Part shown: positions 1-9,053 of the stretch, piece after piece
How the letters are laid out: the number at the start of each line of letters is the position of its first letter
How positions within the stretch are numbered: position 1 is the stretch's first letter
DNA from: Chlamydiota bacterium
GTDB lineage: Bacteria; Auribacterota; Tritonobacteria; UBA1439
Length of the DNA: 64,000 bases
Direction of reading: 5' to 3'
NCBI GenBank assembly: GCA_012729785.1
Contig: JAAYCL010000014.1
Span: forward strand, 25,964 to 89,963
Translations under genes and position numbers: made by a program
The notes under the pieces: model-generated
The model's input: only the letters and a program-made list of their open reading frames with translations
Database searches by the model: none
Told to the model about the DNA's origin: nothing

Positions 1-865
1 CCGCGCGATCGGGAGGATCCGGGCCGCCGTCTCCATCCCGCTCGTCGCCGATATCCATTTCGACCACCGGCTCGCCCTCATCGCGATCGGCGAGGGGGCG
101 GACGGGATCCGGATCAACCCCGGCAACATCGGCGGCGCGCGCCGCGTCGCGGAGGTCGCGAAAGCCGCCCTTGAAAGGGGGATCCCGATCCGCGTCGGGG
201 TGAACGCCGGCTCAGTGGAGAAGGGGATGCTGAAGAAGCACGGCGGGCCGACGCCCGCGGCGCTGGCGGAGAGCGCCGTCCTGGGCGCGAGGATGCTGGA
301 GGACGCGGGGCACGACCGCATCAAGATCTCGGTCAAAGCCTCCTCGGTGCGCGGCACGATCGAGGCGTACGAGCGGATCTCGAGGGCGGTCCGCTACCCG
401 CTGCACATCGGCGTCACCGAGGCGGGCCCCCCGCGCATCTCGGCGGTGCGCTCCTCCGCGGCGCTCGGTCATCTCCTCCTCGAGGGGATCGGGGACACGC
501 TTCGCGTCTCCGTGACCGGCGACCCGGTCGAGGAGGTGCTCATCGCCCGCGAGCTCCTCCAGTCCCTCGGCCTGAGGAGCTTCGGCCCCACGCTCGTCTC
601 CTGCCCCACCTGCGGCCGCACCCGGATCGACATGGTGCGGATCGTGGAGGAGGTGCAGCGCGAAATCGTCGATCTCCGCCTCCCCGTCACCGTGGCGATC
701 ATGGGCTGCGCGGTGAACGGCCCCGGCGAGGCGCGCGAGGCGGACGTGGGGCTCGCGGGCGGGAAAGGCGAGGGGCTCATCTTCCGGAAGGGGAAGGTCG
801 TCCGGAAGGTGAAGGAGAAGGAGTTCGTCCGCGCCCTAGTCGACGAGATCCGCTCCCTCGGGTGA
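1..865 (+). CDS. ispG: 4-hydroxy-3-methylbut-2-enyl diphosphate synthase IspG/GcpE, C-terminal part; gene starts upstream of the window
   Basis: Frame open from position 2. Translation RAIGRIRAAVSIPLVADIHFDH...GVNAGSVEKG...CPTCGRT shows the IspG TIM-barrel plus the CxxC [4Fe-4S] domain. Stop at 863-865. Confidence 0.85.
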   Translation, partial: RAIGRIRAAVSIPLVADIHFDHRLALIAIGEGADGIRINPGNIGGARRVAEVAKAALERGIPIRVGVNAGSVEKGMLKKHGGPTPAALAESAVLGARMLEDAGHDRIKISVKASSVRGTIEAYERISRAVRYPLHIGVTEAGPPRISAVRSSAALGHLLLEGIGDTLRVSVTGDPVEEVLIARELLQSLGLRSFGPTLVSCPTCGRTRIDMVRIVEEVQREIVDLRLPVTVAIMGCAVNGPGEAREADVGLAGGKGEGLIFRKGKVVRKVKEKEFVRALVDEIRSLG

Positions 866-1246
866 CCTCCCCGGCGGCAGCGCCCGCTCCGCGAGCCGGG
901 CGGCGAGACCGCCGGCGAGATACCAGGGGATGTCGGCCCAGCCGAAGACCGATCCCACCAGCAGTTCCCCCGCGGCGGTTCGACGGACGGCCTCGAGGAA
1001 CGGCGGACGCCAAAGCTGGGCGAACTCGATCAGGCAGGTCGCGGCGACGACGGCGAGGACAAGCGCCCCCGGGCGGAGGCGCGGACACAGGAGAAAGGCG
1101 AGGAGGCACCAGAAGAGCACGTAGAAGAACCCCCCGAGCGATCCCCGGATCAGCCACGCACCCGGACCGCCGTAGCGCCGTGCAAGGAGCCCCGCCGCGG
1201 CGGTGACGGCGAGGAGGAGGCAGAGGAGGCCCTGTCTTCTCGTCAA
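836..1246 (-). CDS. small integral membrane protein, DUF2809-like
   Basis: C-terminal 137 aa of the long 836..2254 ORF is hydrophobic (GSLGGFFYVLFWCLLAFLL...LIEFAQLW...GSVFGWADIPWYLAGG). Candidate TTG start at 1246 overlaps the chrA stop. The rest of the long ORF is Arg-rich antisense of chrA. Confidence 0.4.
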   Translation of the reverse strand: MTRRQGLLCLLLAVTAAAGLLARRYGGPGAWLIRGSLGGFFYVLFWCLLAFLLCPRLRPGALVLAVVAATCLIEFAQLWRPPFLEAVRRTAAGELLVGSVFGWADIPWYLAGGLAARLAERALPPGRSPEGADLVD

Positions 1247-2382
1247 AGCAGCGTCCTCCCCAGCCCCAGCAGCGCCCCGCCCGCGATGAGCCAGGTCGAG
1301 TTGATCCGGTACCGGAGCAGCAGGGCGATCGAGGCGCAGGCGACGAGGACGGCGAACGGGTCGCACAGCGCCTTCACGCCCAACTGCCACGTCACCGCCG
1401 CCATGAGGCCGAGCGAGGAGGCGTTGATGCCGTCGAGGAGGCCAACCGCCCACGGGGAGCGTCGTATCCGCGGGATGATCGGGTTGGTGAGGGAGACGAG
1501 GACGATCGAGGGGATGAAGATGCCGAGCGTGGCGAGCAGGGCCCCCGCAACGCCGCCGAGGAGGTAGCCGATGAAGGTGACCGTGGTGAAGAGCGGGCCG
1601 GGGGTCACCTGGCCGACGGCGATGGCGTCGAGGAGCTGCCGCTCGGTGATCCAGCCGTGGTGCGCGACGAAGTCTGCCCGGAGGAACGCCAGGAGCACGT
1701 AGCCGCTCCCGTACCAGACGGACCCGATCTTGAGGCAGGTGAGAAACAGCGCCGGGTACGACCAGTGCGCCTGCGCCGCCGAGAAGGCGCCGAGGCCGCC
1801 GAGGGGAACGATGCACGAGCCGAGCGCCCCGCGGCGGAGACGCGGCAGATTCCTCGCCGCCATCACCGCGGCCCCGCCGCCGAGGAGAAGGGCGATCTCG
1901 TTCGCCCCCGCGAGGTAGAGGGTGGCGACGAGGGCGGCGATCAGGGCGGTGCCCGCGCCCGTTACCGCCTTCCGCCCGAGAAACCAGATCGCCTGCGCGA
2001 TGATCGCGATGACCACCGGCTTGATCCCGTAGAGGAGTCCGTCGAGCTCCGGGGCGGAGCCCACGCGCACGTATCCCCAGGCGAGCGCCGTCACGATGCA
2101 CACGGCGGGGACGATGAAGCTGGCGCCGGCGACGAGGAGCCCGCGCCACCCCGCGCGCAGGAAGCCGATATGGATCGCCATCTCGGTGGAGTTGGGCCCG
2201 GGGATGAGGTTCGTCGCGCCGACGAGGTCGAGGAACCGCTGGTCGTCGAGCCATTGGCGCCGCCGCACCGTCTCGTCGTGTATCATCGCCAGGTGGGCGG
2301 CCGGGCCGCCGAAGGCGGTGGCCCCGAGGCGGAAAAAGAGCGCGGCGAGTTCGGCCAGTCTATGCGAGAGAGCCGGATTCAT
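1243..2382 (-). CDS. chrA: chromate transporter ChrA family
   Basis: 379 aa multi-TM protein with duplicated ChrA-type halves (LIPGPNSTEMAIHIGF..., TPGPLFTTVTFIGYLLGG). Confidence 0.8.
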   Translation of the reverse strand: MNPALSHRLAELAALFFRLGATAFGGPAAHLAMIHDETVRRRQWLDDQRFLDLVGATNLIPGPNSTEMAIHIGFLRAGWRGLLVAGASFIVPAVCIVTALAWGYVRVGSAPELDGLLYGIKPVVIAIIAQAIWFLGRKAVTGAGTALIAALVATLYLAGANEIALLLGGGAAVMAARNLPRLRRGALGSCIVPLGGLGAFSAAQAHWSYPALFLTCLKIGSVWYGSGYVLLAFLRADFVAHHGWITERQLLDAIAVGQVTPGPLFTTVTFIGYLLGGVAGALLATLGIFIPSIVLVSLTNPIIPRIRRSPWAVGLLDGINASSLGLMAAVTWQLGVKALCDPFAVLVACASIALLLRYRINSTWLIAGGALLGLGRTLL

Positions 2383-2409
2383 GCAGGGGCGGAATTCTCG
2401 TATCCCAGT

Positions 2410-2772
2410 CTATGTATGCAGTGCCACACGGATGCGCGAAGCGGCGGACGAAAGCCTTCGGTCCCTTGTCCAGAGGGATATGCACGTGAGGCAGGCGGAG
2501 GCGAGGAGATGCGCGTCGATCCAGCCGAGCCCCATGCCGTAGAGACGGCGGGCAGTGACGAATTGAAGCACCTCCCCGTCCGTAGCCACCCGTACAGAGG
2601 GCAAGGATTGAAGAAGGGCGAGAATTCGCTCCCGCTGGGAGATGTTCCCGCATGCCAGTTCGCCGATGACGAACGGATGGGTCGACACGCGCCCGGCGGT
2701 GAGAAGGTCCCGGAGACCGGGTTCTCCGCGGCGGAGGTGATCCACCCATACGGATGTATCGACGAGGACCAT
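2410..2772 (-). CDS. vapC: type II toxin VapC (PIN-domain ribonuclease)
   Basis: MVLVDTSVWVDHLRRGEP... is a PIN N-terminal motif with conserved acidic residues. Lies 9 nt downstream of vapB. Confidence 0.8.
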   Translation of the reverse strand: MVLVDTSVWVDHLRRGEPGLRDLLTAGRVSTHPFVIGELACGNISQRERILALLQSLPSVRVATDGEVLQFVTARRLYGMGLGWIDAHLLASACLTCISLWTRDRRLSSAASRIRVALHT

Positions 2773-2781
2773 GCGCGCGCC

Positions 2782-2970
2782 TCACCCGCGCCGGCGGGGA
2801 ATTCGCGCAAGGCGCGGCTCCGTGCCCCCGAGACTCGCCAGGCGCCTCGCGCTCTCAAGGGCGATGAGCGCCTCCAGTCCCATGTGCACGAGGGAGGTCT
2901 TCTCCTTCACCCCGGTCATCTCGGCCGCCTTGAGGAGGATACGGTCGTTGATGTTGAGCGTTGTTCTCAT
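2782..2970 (-). CDS. vapB: type II antitoxin VapB
   Basis: 62 aa, MRTTLNINDRILLKAAEMTG... is a typical VapB N-terminus. Immediately upstream of vapC. Confidence 0.75.
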   Translation of the reverse strand: MRTTLNINDRILLKAAEMTGVKEKTSLVHMGLEALIALESARRLASLGGTEPRLARIPRRRG

Positions 2971-2986
2971 GCATATAAGTATGCAT
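2969..2986. promoter_or_regulatory. palindromic operator candidate at the vapB start (ATGCATA-N4-TATGCAT)
   Basis: Inverted repeat atgcatataagtatgcat overlaps the vapB ATG; typical position for TA autoregulation. Confidence 0.4.
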
Positions 2987-3023
2987 TATTTATACATATG
3001 CCACAAGGTAATAACATCCCGGA

Positions 3024-3245
3024 CTATTCCTGCTGTTCGGCCGATTTGATGAGGGTATCCAACAATCCCTCGCACTTCTTGATATCTTGGCCGCTGACAT
3101 AAATCTCGAGTCCGTCAGTGACCTTCTTTACGATGAAATCACATTCATCGAGTGAAAATGTATATAGGTCATAACTGTTGACGCGTTCCTTGTGTTCATA
3201 TCCCGCCGCCATCGCCAATGTCACCCCGAAATGAAAATTTGTCAT
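3024..3245 (-). CDS. hypothetical small protein (74 aa) in the low-GC island
   Basis: Internal ATG of ORF 3024..3359 (MTNFHFGVTLAMAAGYEHKERVNSYDLYTF...). Overlaps the 3' end of the upstream 415-aa ORF in another frame, and its frame stays open upstream to 3359. Confidence 0.3.
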   Translation of the reverse strand: MTNFHFGVTLAMAAGYEHKERVNSYDLYTFSLDECDFIVKKVTDGLEIYVSGQDIKKCEGLLDTLIKSAEQQE

Positions 3246-4443
3246 AGAGGAGTGACATTTTTTTGACGATCTCGTTATTCGTTGAGTCCTCCCCAAGGGC
3301 CTTCCACGCTGCGCCGCAATGAGGGCATTTCCCGCCCGGCGCTTGTTCCTCTGTCTCAAATGTCTTCGTGCATTTCCAGCACCGCATGGGGCGCTTGACG
3401 GCAGCCGCTTCCGGTTCCTTATGCCGCTGCATGGTGCGCAGCATGGTGAAGGCCGCTTTCTCCTCCGGGGAGTCTTTCGTGTTCGTGAGGATGGTGAAAT
3501 GGATCATCAAGTCCTCGATGCCGAAAGCCCCCTGGGTCGCGTAGGTCCATCCGCCCGGCTTGGGGGCCTTGTCGGTAAAAGAGCAATAGTACCCCGCCAC
3601 GGAAGGATTGCAGAATTCCTGCAGTGTGAGTTTTTGCCCAACCGAGCCCGCGATATGTTTCTTGCCGAGTTGTTCTACAAGGTGCGTGAGCTTCCCTGGG
3701 CTGTTGAATCCCGCTTCGTTTCTCAAACTCCAGTAGGGTGTAATCAGAATGCTGAATTCATTGCCTGATTTCGGAGCGAATACAACGGTAGGGTTGGGGA
3801 GTTTGCCCGGGGGGGGGATGGCGTCGGACCAGGATTCCGGCACATCAAGGGTGATCGATCCGTGTTCGGGGAGGCCATAGTGCCGGGGGGCCGGCCGATC
3901 GGATAGGGCGGCTTTAGGCCTGAACCGCACTTTCCCGAGAACCTCTTTGAAGAGCTTCTCCTCTCCCGCATTGAATTTGACTTTGGAAAGATGGATATCC
4001 CCCCAGTAGCCGTCGCGGGAGAGATAGACATTCATATTCTTCTGGTTGACCTTGACGCCTTCCGTCTCTTGCACGATGTATTCGAGGATCGCCATTCCGC
4101 CGGATTCCGACATTGAGAAATCGTCTTTCCTGGTGGGCGATTTCTTCCCCCGCTCCCAGTAGAAGGCCCGGCATTCCTTCGAGTCCCCGGGGTGGTCGGC
4201 CTTCTCGAGGAAAGCGGACATGACCATGCCTGTCTTTGCATTCACGGCGAAGAAACGCGTCGCTTCTTTCGACTCGACGACCTCTTTCTCCCGGAGCACG
4301 AAACCGGGCGCCCCGAACTCGAGAACCCAGTGCAACTGCGGGAGGGTCAGCGTGATGGTCTCTCCGGCGATTTCAGCCCCGTGCGCGAGAAGCGGAACGG
4401 ACAGCAGGCACGGGAGAAGCAGTGCGAGGACTGTTATCTTCAT
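3196..4443 (-). CDS. hypothetical secreted protein with C-terminal CxxC...CxxC zinc-ribbon
   Basis: 415 aa with N-terminal signal peptide MKITVLALLLPCLLSVPLLAHGA; C-terminal CWKCTKTF...CPHCG. Lies in a roughly 50% GC island. Confidence 0.6.
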   Translation of the reverse strand: MKITVLALLLPCLLSVPLLAHGAEIAGETITLTLPQLHWVLEFGAPGFVLREKEVVESKEATRFFAVNAKTGMVMSAFLEKADHPGDSKECRAFYWERGKKSPTRKDDFSMSESGGMAILEYIVQETEGVKVNQKNMNVYLSRDGYWGDIHLSKVKFNAGEEKLFKEVLGKVRFRPKAALSDRPAPRHYGLPEHGSITLDVPESWSDAIPPPGKLPNPTVVFAPKSGNEFSILITPYWSLRNEAGFNSPGKLTHLVEQLGKKHIAGSVGQKLTLQEFCNPSVAGYYCSFTDKAPKPGGWTYATQGAFGIEDLMIHFTILTNTKDSPEEKAAFTMLRTMQRHKEPEAAAVKRPMRCWKCTKTFETEEQAPGGKCPHCGAAWKALGEDSTNNEIVKKMSLLYDKFSFRGDIGDGGGI

Positions 4444-4483
4444 GCAATGTCCCCGAAATAAACCTTATGAGGAATGCTCGCGC

Positions 4484-4807
4484 TTAATAGTAGACCGCGA
4501 GCCAGACCGTTTCCCGGTCGGGGTCGGTCCACTCCACGCGGTGCCGCGCATGCGCCGGGATGACAAGCTGGTCGCCGACGGAGAGCAGGCGGGGGGACGA
4601 CTCCCCCTCGAACAGGATCCCCGCCCCGCCCTGCAGCACCAGCACCCACTCGTTCCGCGTTCCGTCGTACCAGAATCCCTCGGGCGATGCGTACCCGCGC
4701 GGGGAGATGATGCGCTCGATGGTGACCGCGGAGGAACGCACGACCCGCTCGACGATCTCCGAAGCGGTGTTCGCCGGGATGTTGGAGAAGATGTTGGAGA
4801 TGCGCAT
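4484..4807 (-). CDS. cupin-domain protein
   Basis: 107 aa with a cupin-2 type core (GFWYDGTRNEWVLVLQGGAGILFEGE...HRVEW). Confidence 0.65.
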   Translation of the reverse strand: MRISNIFSNIPANTASEIVERVVRSSAVTIERIISPRGYASPEGFWYDGTRNEWVLVLQGGAGILFEGESSPRLLSVGDQLVIPAHARHRVEWTDPDRETVWLAVYY

Positions 4808-4964
4808 CGGCTGCTCCGGTGGCGGGGATACCCGCCTTCAGGTGGATGATTGCAGATGGCGGCCCCGGTGTCAACCGCGGGGAGATTGCATTTCCCATCG
4901 CCCCGCGGGACGGGTATACTGGTACCGCACGGTAGCGGTGTCATCCATCCCCGGGAGGCGCGGT

Positions 4965-5303
4965 ATGCACTATTGCCGGTACGCGGTCCTCGTCGCCGTG
5001 CTGGCGGTCTCGGTCCTTTTCGCACGCGCCGAGGACTACGACCATCCGTTTTTGGAGCAGCAGCTGGACGCGGAGTTCAAACAGACACACACGAAGCAGG
5101 AGATGCGGCGGAGCCGGCCCCACGCCGTCGTCGCGCCGGGGCCCGAGGGGCCGGCGGCGCCGACCCTCCTGGAGGACCGGCTGCGGGTGCTCACGCACAG
5201 GCGGGCGGAGGCCGTGCAACAGAACAAGCCGCCGCAGGAGATCGCCGCGATCGACGCCGAGATCAAGGATCTCCGGGAGCAGTTGGGCGTCCCGGGGCGG
5301 TAA
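4965..5303 (+). CDS. hypothetical small exported protein
   Basis: Internal ATG of ORF 4560..5303 preceded by GGGAGG. Signal peptide MHYCRYAVLVAVLAVSVLFARA, then a charged coiled-coil-like region. Confidence 0.4.
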   Translation: MHYCRYAVLVAVLAVSVLFARAEDYDHPFLEQQLDAEFKQTHTKQEMRRSRPHAVVAPGPEGPAAPTLLEDRLRVLTHRRAEAVQQNKPPQEIAAIDAEIKDLREQLGVPGR

Positions 5304-5337
5304 TCCGGCTGCATGCCGCCTCCGGCCCCCGGGGTCG

Positions 5338-7110
5338 TTGCGCGCGCAGCCCATTCCGCGAGAAGAAGACACCGTGGTCCAATCCCGAACCCCCCGGCAG
5401 GGCGGCGCGGCCGACGAACTCCGAAGGATCCTGCAGCGGATCGACGGGCGGGGGTACCCCGCGTACAGGGAGATCCGCGGCGCCTACGCGTTTCCGGGGT
5501 ACCGGCTCGAGGTGGACTACGTCCAGCCGGACCCGTTCGCCCCGCCCAGCCAGGTGATCGTCACCGTCCCCCGGAACGTGGCCGGCTTTCCTCCCGAACT
5601 GCTTCGCACGCCTGTCCGGGCGACCGCCCTCGAGGATTTTATCACGCGCAGATTCTACGCCCTCTCCTCGCGCGCCCGGGCGGGAAGCCGCGGCACCGGC
5701 GGGAGCGGCCTGGTCTCAATCGACCGGCCGCCGCAGGAGGTGCTGCGGCGCACCTCGGTCACCATGGGGGCGGAGGGGGTCGAGGCCCGTTTCGTCGTGG
5801 GGCTGCCGGCGCGCGGGAGGACGGTGCTGGGGCGGCAGGCGGAGGAGCTGTTCTTCCGGGAGATCCCCGCCGTTGTGGACGGGGCGCTCCGCTACGCAAA
5901 CCTCGACGCGGCGGCGGTCAGGCGGCAGGTGGAGACGGTCGAGGATGCCGAGTGCATCCGCGACGCCCTCGAGGGGAGGGGGCTCGTCGCCTTCGTCGCC
6001 GACGGGGCCATCCTGCCGCGCGTGAGCGGGGTGGACGACCGTCCGCTCGCGGAGGGGACCGTCGTCCCGTTCTGTTCGCCCCCCGGCCTGCGCGCGGAGT
6101 TCGAAACGCCGAACCGCGGGCGCGTCACGGGGATGGGTATCCCCGCGGGCGTGGTGTTGGTGGTGGGCGGCGGCTACCATGGCAAGTCCACGCTCCTCGC
6201 CGCGGTGGAGAAGGGAATCTACAACCACATCCCCGGCGACGGGAGGGAGCTCGTCGTCACGGATACGGGCGCCGTGAAGATCCGCGCCGAGGACGGCCGC
6301 GGCATCGAGAACGTGGACATCAGCCCGTTCATCTCGAATCTTCCGTTCGGGAAGGACACCTCCTCCTTCTCGACGCAGGACGCGAGCGGCTCGACCTCGC
6401 AGGCGGCCAACATACTGGAGGCGCTCGAGACGGGCGCGCGGGTGCTCCTCATCGACGAGGACACCTCCGCGACGAACTTCATGATCCGCGACGGGCGGAT
6501 GCAGCGCCTCGTGGCGAAGAAGAAGGAGCCGATCACTCCGTTCATCGACAAGGTCGGGCAGCTCGGGCGCGACCTCGGCGTCTCGACGCTGCTGGTGATG
6601 GGCGGCTCGGGCGACTACTTCGACGTCGCCGATACGGTGATCGCGATGGAGGAATATCTGCCGCGGGACGTGACCGCGGAGGCCAAACAGATCGCGCGGG
6701 ACCGCGCCGCCGCGCGGGAACGCGAGGGGGGGGACCGTTTCGGCCCGGTGAAGGCCCGGCGTCCGCTTCCCCGGAGCGTCGACCCGTCGCGCGGGAAGCG
6801 CGCGGCGAGCGTCTCCGCGAAGGGGCCCGCCACGATCCTCTTCGGCGCGCACGCCATCGACCTCTCCTGTGTCGGGGGGATCGCCGATATCAGCCAGACA
6901 AGGGCGATCGGCGATGCCCTGGTGTACCTGCGGGAGCGGTACCTGGACGGGAAGAGGACGCTCGCCGAGGCGCTCGCCCTTCTGAAACGGGATCTCGACG
7001 AGAAGGGGATGGACATCCTCTCGCCGTATCGCCGGGGCGACTATGCGCTGCCGCGGATGTTCGAGGTGGCGGCGGCGCTCAACCGTCTGCGCACGCTCCG
7101 GTGCGTCTAG
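5338..7110 (+). CDS. ABC-class ATPase (ABC_ATPase domain, PF09818-like)
   Basis: 590 aa with Walker A GGGYHGKSTLL and conserved IDGRGYPAYREIRG N-terminus. True start may lie slightly downstream. Confidence 0.75.
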   Translation: MRAQPIPREEDTVVQSRTPRQGGAADELRRILQRIDGRGYPAYREIRGAYAFPGYRLEVDYVQPDPFAPPSQVIVTVPRNVAGFPPELLRTPVRATALEDFITRRFYALSSRARAGSRGTGGSGLVSIDRPPQEVLRRTSVTMGAEGVEARFVVGLPARGRTVLGRQAEELFFREIPAVVDGALRYANLDAAAVRRQVETVEDAECIRDALEGRGLVAFVADGAILPRVSGVDDRPLAEGTVVPFCSPPGLRAEFETPNRGRVTGMGIPAGVVLVVGGGYHGKSTLLAAVEKGIYNHIPGDGRELVVTDTGAVKIRAEDGRGIENVDISPFISNLPFGKDTSSFSTQDASGSTSQAANILEALETGARVLLIDEDTSATNFMIRDGRMQRLVAKKKEPITPFIDKVGQLGRDLGVSTLLVMGGSGDYFDVADTVIAMEEYLPRDVTAEAKQIARDRAAAREREGGDRFGPVKARRPLPRSVDPSRGKRAASVSAKGPATILFGAHAIDLSCVGGIADISQTRAIGDALVYLRERYLDGKRTLAEALALLKRDLDEKGMDILSPYRRGDYALPRMFEVAAALNRLRTLRCV

Positions 7111-7263
7111 ACCTCCGGGGCGTCCGCCTCCCGGCGGAGACGGGCGCGCCCCGCGGGCTCGGAGGGGCCGTCGTCGTCGGACGCCGTCACGGGTACGGCC
7201 TTCCCGCCGGCGCGGGGCGGATGCCGCGGCTGGAATCGCGCAGTCGATGAGGAGGAGCGAGCC

Positions 7264-7752
7264 GTGCGGATCGTCGTGCAGCGGGTTCGGGCGGCGTCCG
7301 TGGAGGCCGGGGGGGCGACCGTCGCCGCGACGGGGCCCGGTCTCCTGATTTTCGTCGGCGTCGGGAGGGGGGACGGCGAGGAAGACGCCGCCTGGCTCGC
7401 GGAGAAGGTCGCCCATCTCCGCGTCTTCGAGGACGCGGGGGGCAGGATGAACCTCTCGATCCTCGACGCGGGGGGGGAGGCGCTCGTGGTGTCGCAGTTC
7501 ACCCTGTACGGCGACTGCCGGAGGGGGCGCCGGCCGGGTTTCGACGCGGCCGCCCGGCCGGAACAGGGAAAGGCGCTGTACGAGAGATTCGTCGAGCTGC
7601 TCCGGGGAGGCGGGGTGCCGGTGCAGACGGGGCGCTTCGGGGCGACGATGCTCGTGAGGATCGAAAACGACGGGCCGGTGACGCTGTGCGTGGAGAGCCC
7701 GCGGGACGCGCGCGGGCATGCCGGAGGGGCGCGAACGGCGAACGGCGCGTGA
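7264..7752 (+). CDS. dtd: D-aminoacyl-tRNA deacylase
   Basis: GTG start with GAGGAGG RBS. MRIVVQRV...SQFTLYGD is a Dtd signature. Confidence 0.8.
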   Translation: MRIVVQRVRAASVEAGGATVAATGPGLLIFVGVGRGDGEEDAAWLAEKVAHLRVFEDAGGRMNLSILDAGGEALVVSQFTLYGDCRRGRRPGFDAAARPEQGKALYERFVELLRGGGVPVQTGRFGATMLVRIENDGPVTLCVESPRDARGHAGGARTANGA

Positions 7753-7795
7753 AACCTTCCCCGCGGGAGACGGAATGTGGCATAATCGCCCCCTG

Positions 7796-8554
7796 ATGAA
7801 GATACTGCTCACAAACGACGACGGGATCAACGCGCCCGGGCTCAACGCCCTTCAGGCGCAGATGAAAAAGCACGGAGAGGTCGCGATCGTCGCGCCCGAC
7901 AGCGAGCGGAGCGCGGTCGGGCACGCCATCACGACCGTGGACCCGCTCAGGGTCGTCGAGGTCAAGCGGAACGGTTCCCTCTACGGCCTCGCCGTCTCCG
8001 GGACCCCGGCGGACTGCGTGAAGATCGCCGTCAAGTCGCTCCTCCCCTGGCGTCCCGATCTCGTGATCTCCGGGATCAACCAGGGGCCGAACACGGGGAT
8101 GAACGTCATCTACTCGGGGACCGTCTCCGCCGCCACGGAGGCGACGATGCTGGGGATCCCCGCCTTCGCCGTCTCCCTTGACAGCTTCACCGTGCGCGAG
8201 TTCGGCCCCGCCGCAGAGTTCGCCGCGCGTCTGGCGGGGATCGTCGCGCGGAAGGGACTGCCGTCAGGGGTGCTCCTCAACGTGAACATCCCCGTGCTCC
8301 CGAGATCGGCGATGCGCGGCGTGCGTGTGACGCGGCAGGGGATGGCGCGGTTCTCCGAGGAGTTTCACAAGCGGGTGGATCCCCGCGGGCACGCCTACTG
8401 GTGGCTCGGGGGGGAGCTGCTCGAGATGCAGGAGGATGAGGAGACCGACAGCGCCGCGCTGCGGGCCGGGTTCATCTCGGTGACCCCGCTGCATTTCGAC
8501 ATGACCGCCTACGAGAGCATTGCGGCGATAGGGAAGTGGAAGCTGAAGCGATGA
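7796..8554 (+). CDS. surE: 5'/3'-nucleotidase SurE
   Basis: MKILLTNDDGINAPGL... is the SurE N-terminal signature. Confidence 0.9.
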   Translation: MKILLTNDDGINAPGLNALQAQMKKHGEVAIVAPDSERSAVGHAITTVDPLRVVEVKRNGSLYGLAVSGTPADCVKIAVKSLLPWRPDLVISGINQGPNTGMNVIYSGTVSAATEATMLGIPAFAVSLDSFTVREFGPAAEFAARLAGIVARKGLPSGVLLNVNIPVLPRSAMRGVRVTRQGMARFSEEFHKRVDPRGHAYWWLGGELLEMQEDEETDSAALRAGFISVTPLHFDMTAYESIAAIGKWKLKR

Positions 8555-8622
8555 AGGCCGCGGCCGGCGGCACGCCGCACGGCGGCGGACGCGCGGAGCT
8601 GGCGGCAATCGGGAGGAACGGC

Positions 8623-9027
8623 ATGAGCACGAGGAGGGCGCTGGTTGCGGCGATGGCGGTTGCGTTGCTGGGGGCGGGTGCAGTGGCGCGGGCGGAGGCG
8701 GCACGGATCGAGACCGCCGACACCGCGTCGCGGAACGCGAGCGGCAAATTCGGCCGCGGCATCGTCAACGTCCTGACGGGGTGGGGCGAACTGATCAGAT
8801 GCCCCTTGGAGATCACGCAGGACCGCGGCCGGCTCCTCGGATTCACCTGGGGCCCGCTGAAGGGGATCGCGATGACGGTAATCCGGAGCGTGGTGGGCGT
8901 CCTGGAGACGGGCCTCTTCTTCTACCCGCTCCCCGGCAACTACGACCCGATGCTCCAGCCCGAGTTCATCTGGCCCGGCGATATCTTCATCAAGGACGCC
9001 GCTCCACCCGCGTCCGCTGTCCGTTGA
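8623..9027 (+). CDS. hypothetical secreted protein (possibly the exosortase-associated TIGR04073-like family)
   Basis: GGGAGG RBS, signal peptide MSTRRALVAAMAVALLGAGAVARA, motif GIVNVLTGWGE. Confidence 0.45.
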   Translation: MSTRRALVAAMAVALLGAGAVARAEAARIETADTASRNASGKFGRGIVNVLTGWGELIRCPLEITQDRGRLLGFTWGPLKGIAMTVIRSVVGVLETGLFFYPLPGNYDPMLQPEFIWPGDIFIKDAAPPASAVR

Positions 9028-9053
9028 CCGGCCGGGGGGGCGGGCCGCCGCGT

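Noticed and set aside
836-2254. 472-aa minus-strand ORF overlapping chrA
   Set aside because: Antisense or out-of-frame of chrA with Arg/Pro-rich low-complexity translation; only its last 137 codons (836-1246) are kept as a possible small membrane protein.
4560-5303. 247-aa version of the small exported protein
   Set aside because: The N-terminal 135 codons overlap the cupin gene on the opposite strand and are Arg/Pro-rich; an internal ATG with GGGAGG and a signal peptide is the plausible start.
5313-7250. 645-aa plus-strand ORF
   Set aside because: Alternative frame of the ABC-class ATPase gene; Arg/Gly-rich nonsense.
5716-7845. 709-aa minus-strand ORF
   Set aside because: Antisense to the ABC-class ATPase and dtd; extreme Arg/Pro/Gly composition with no motifs; a high-GC artefact.
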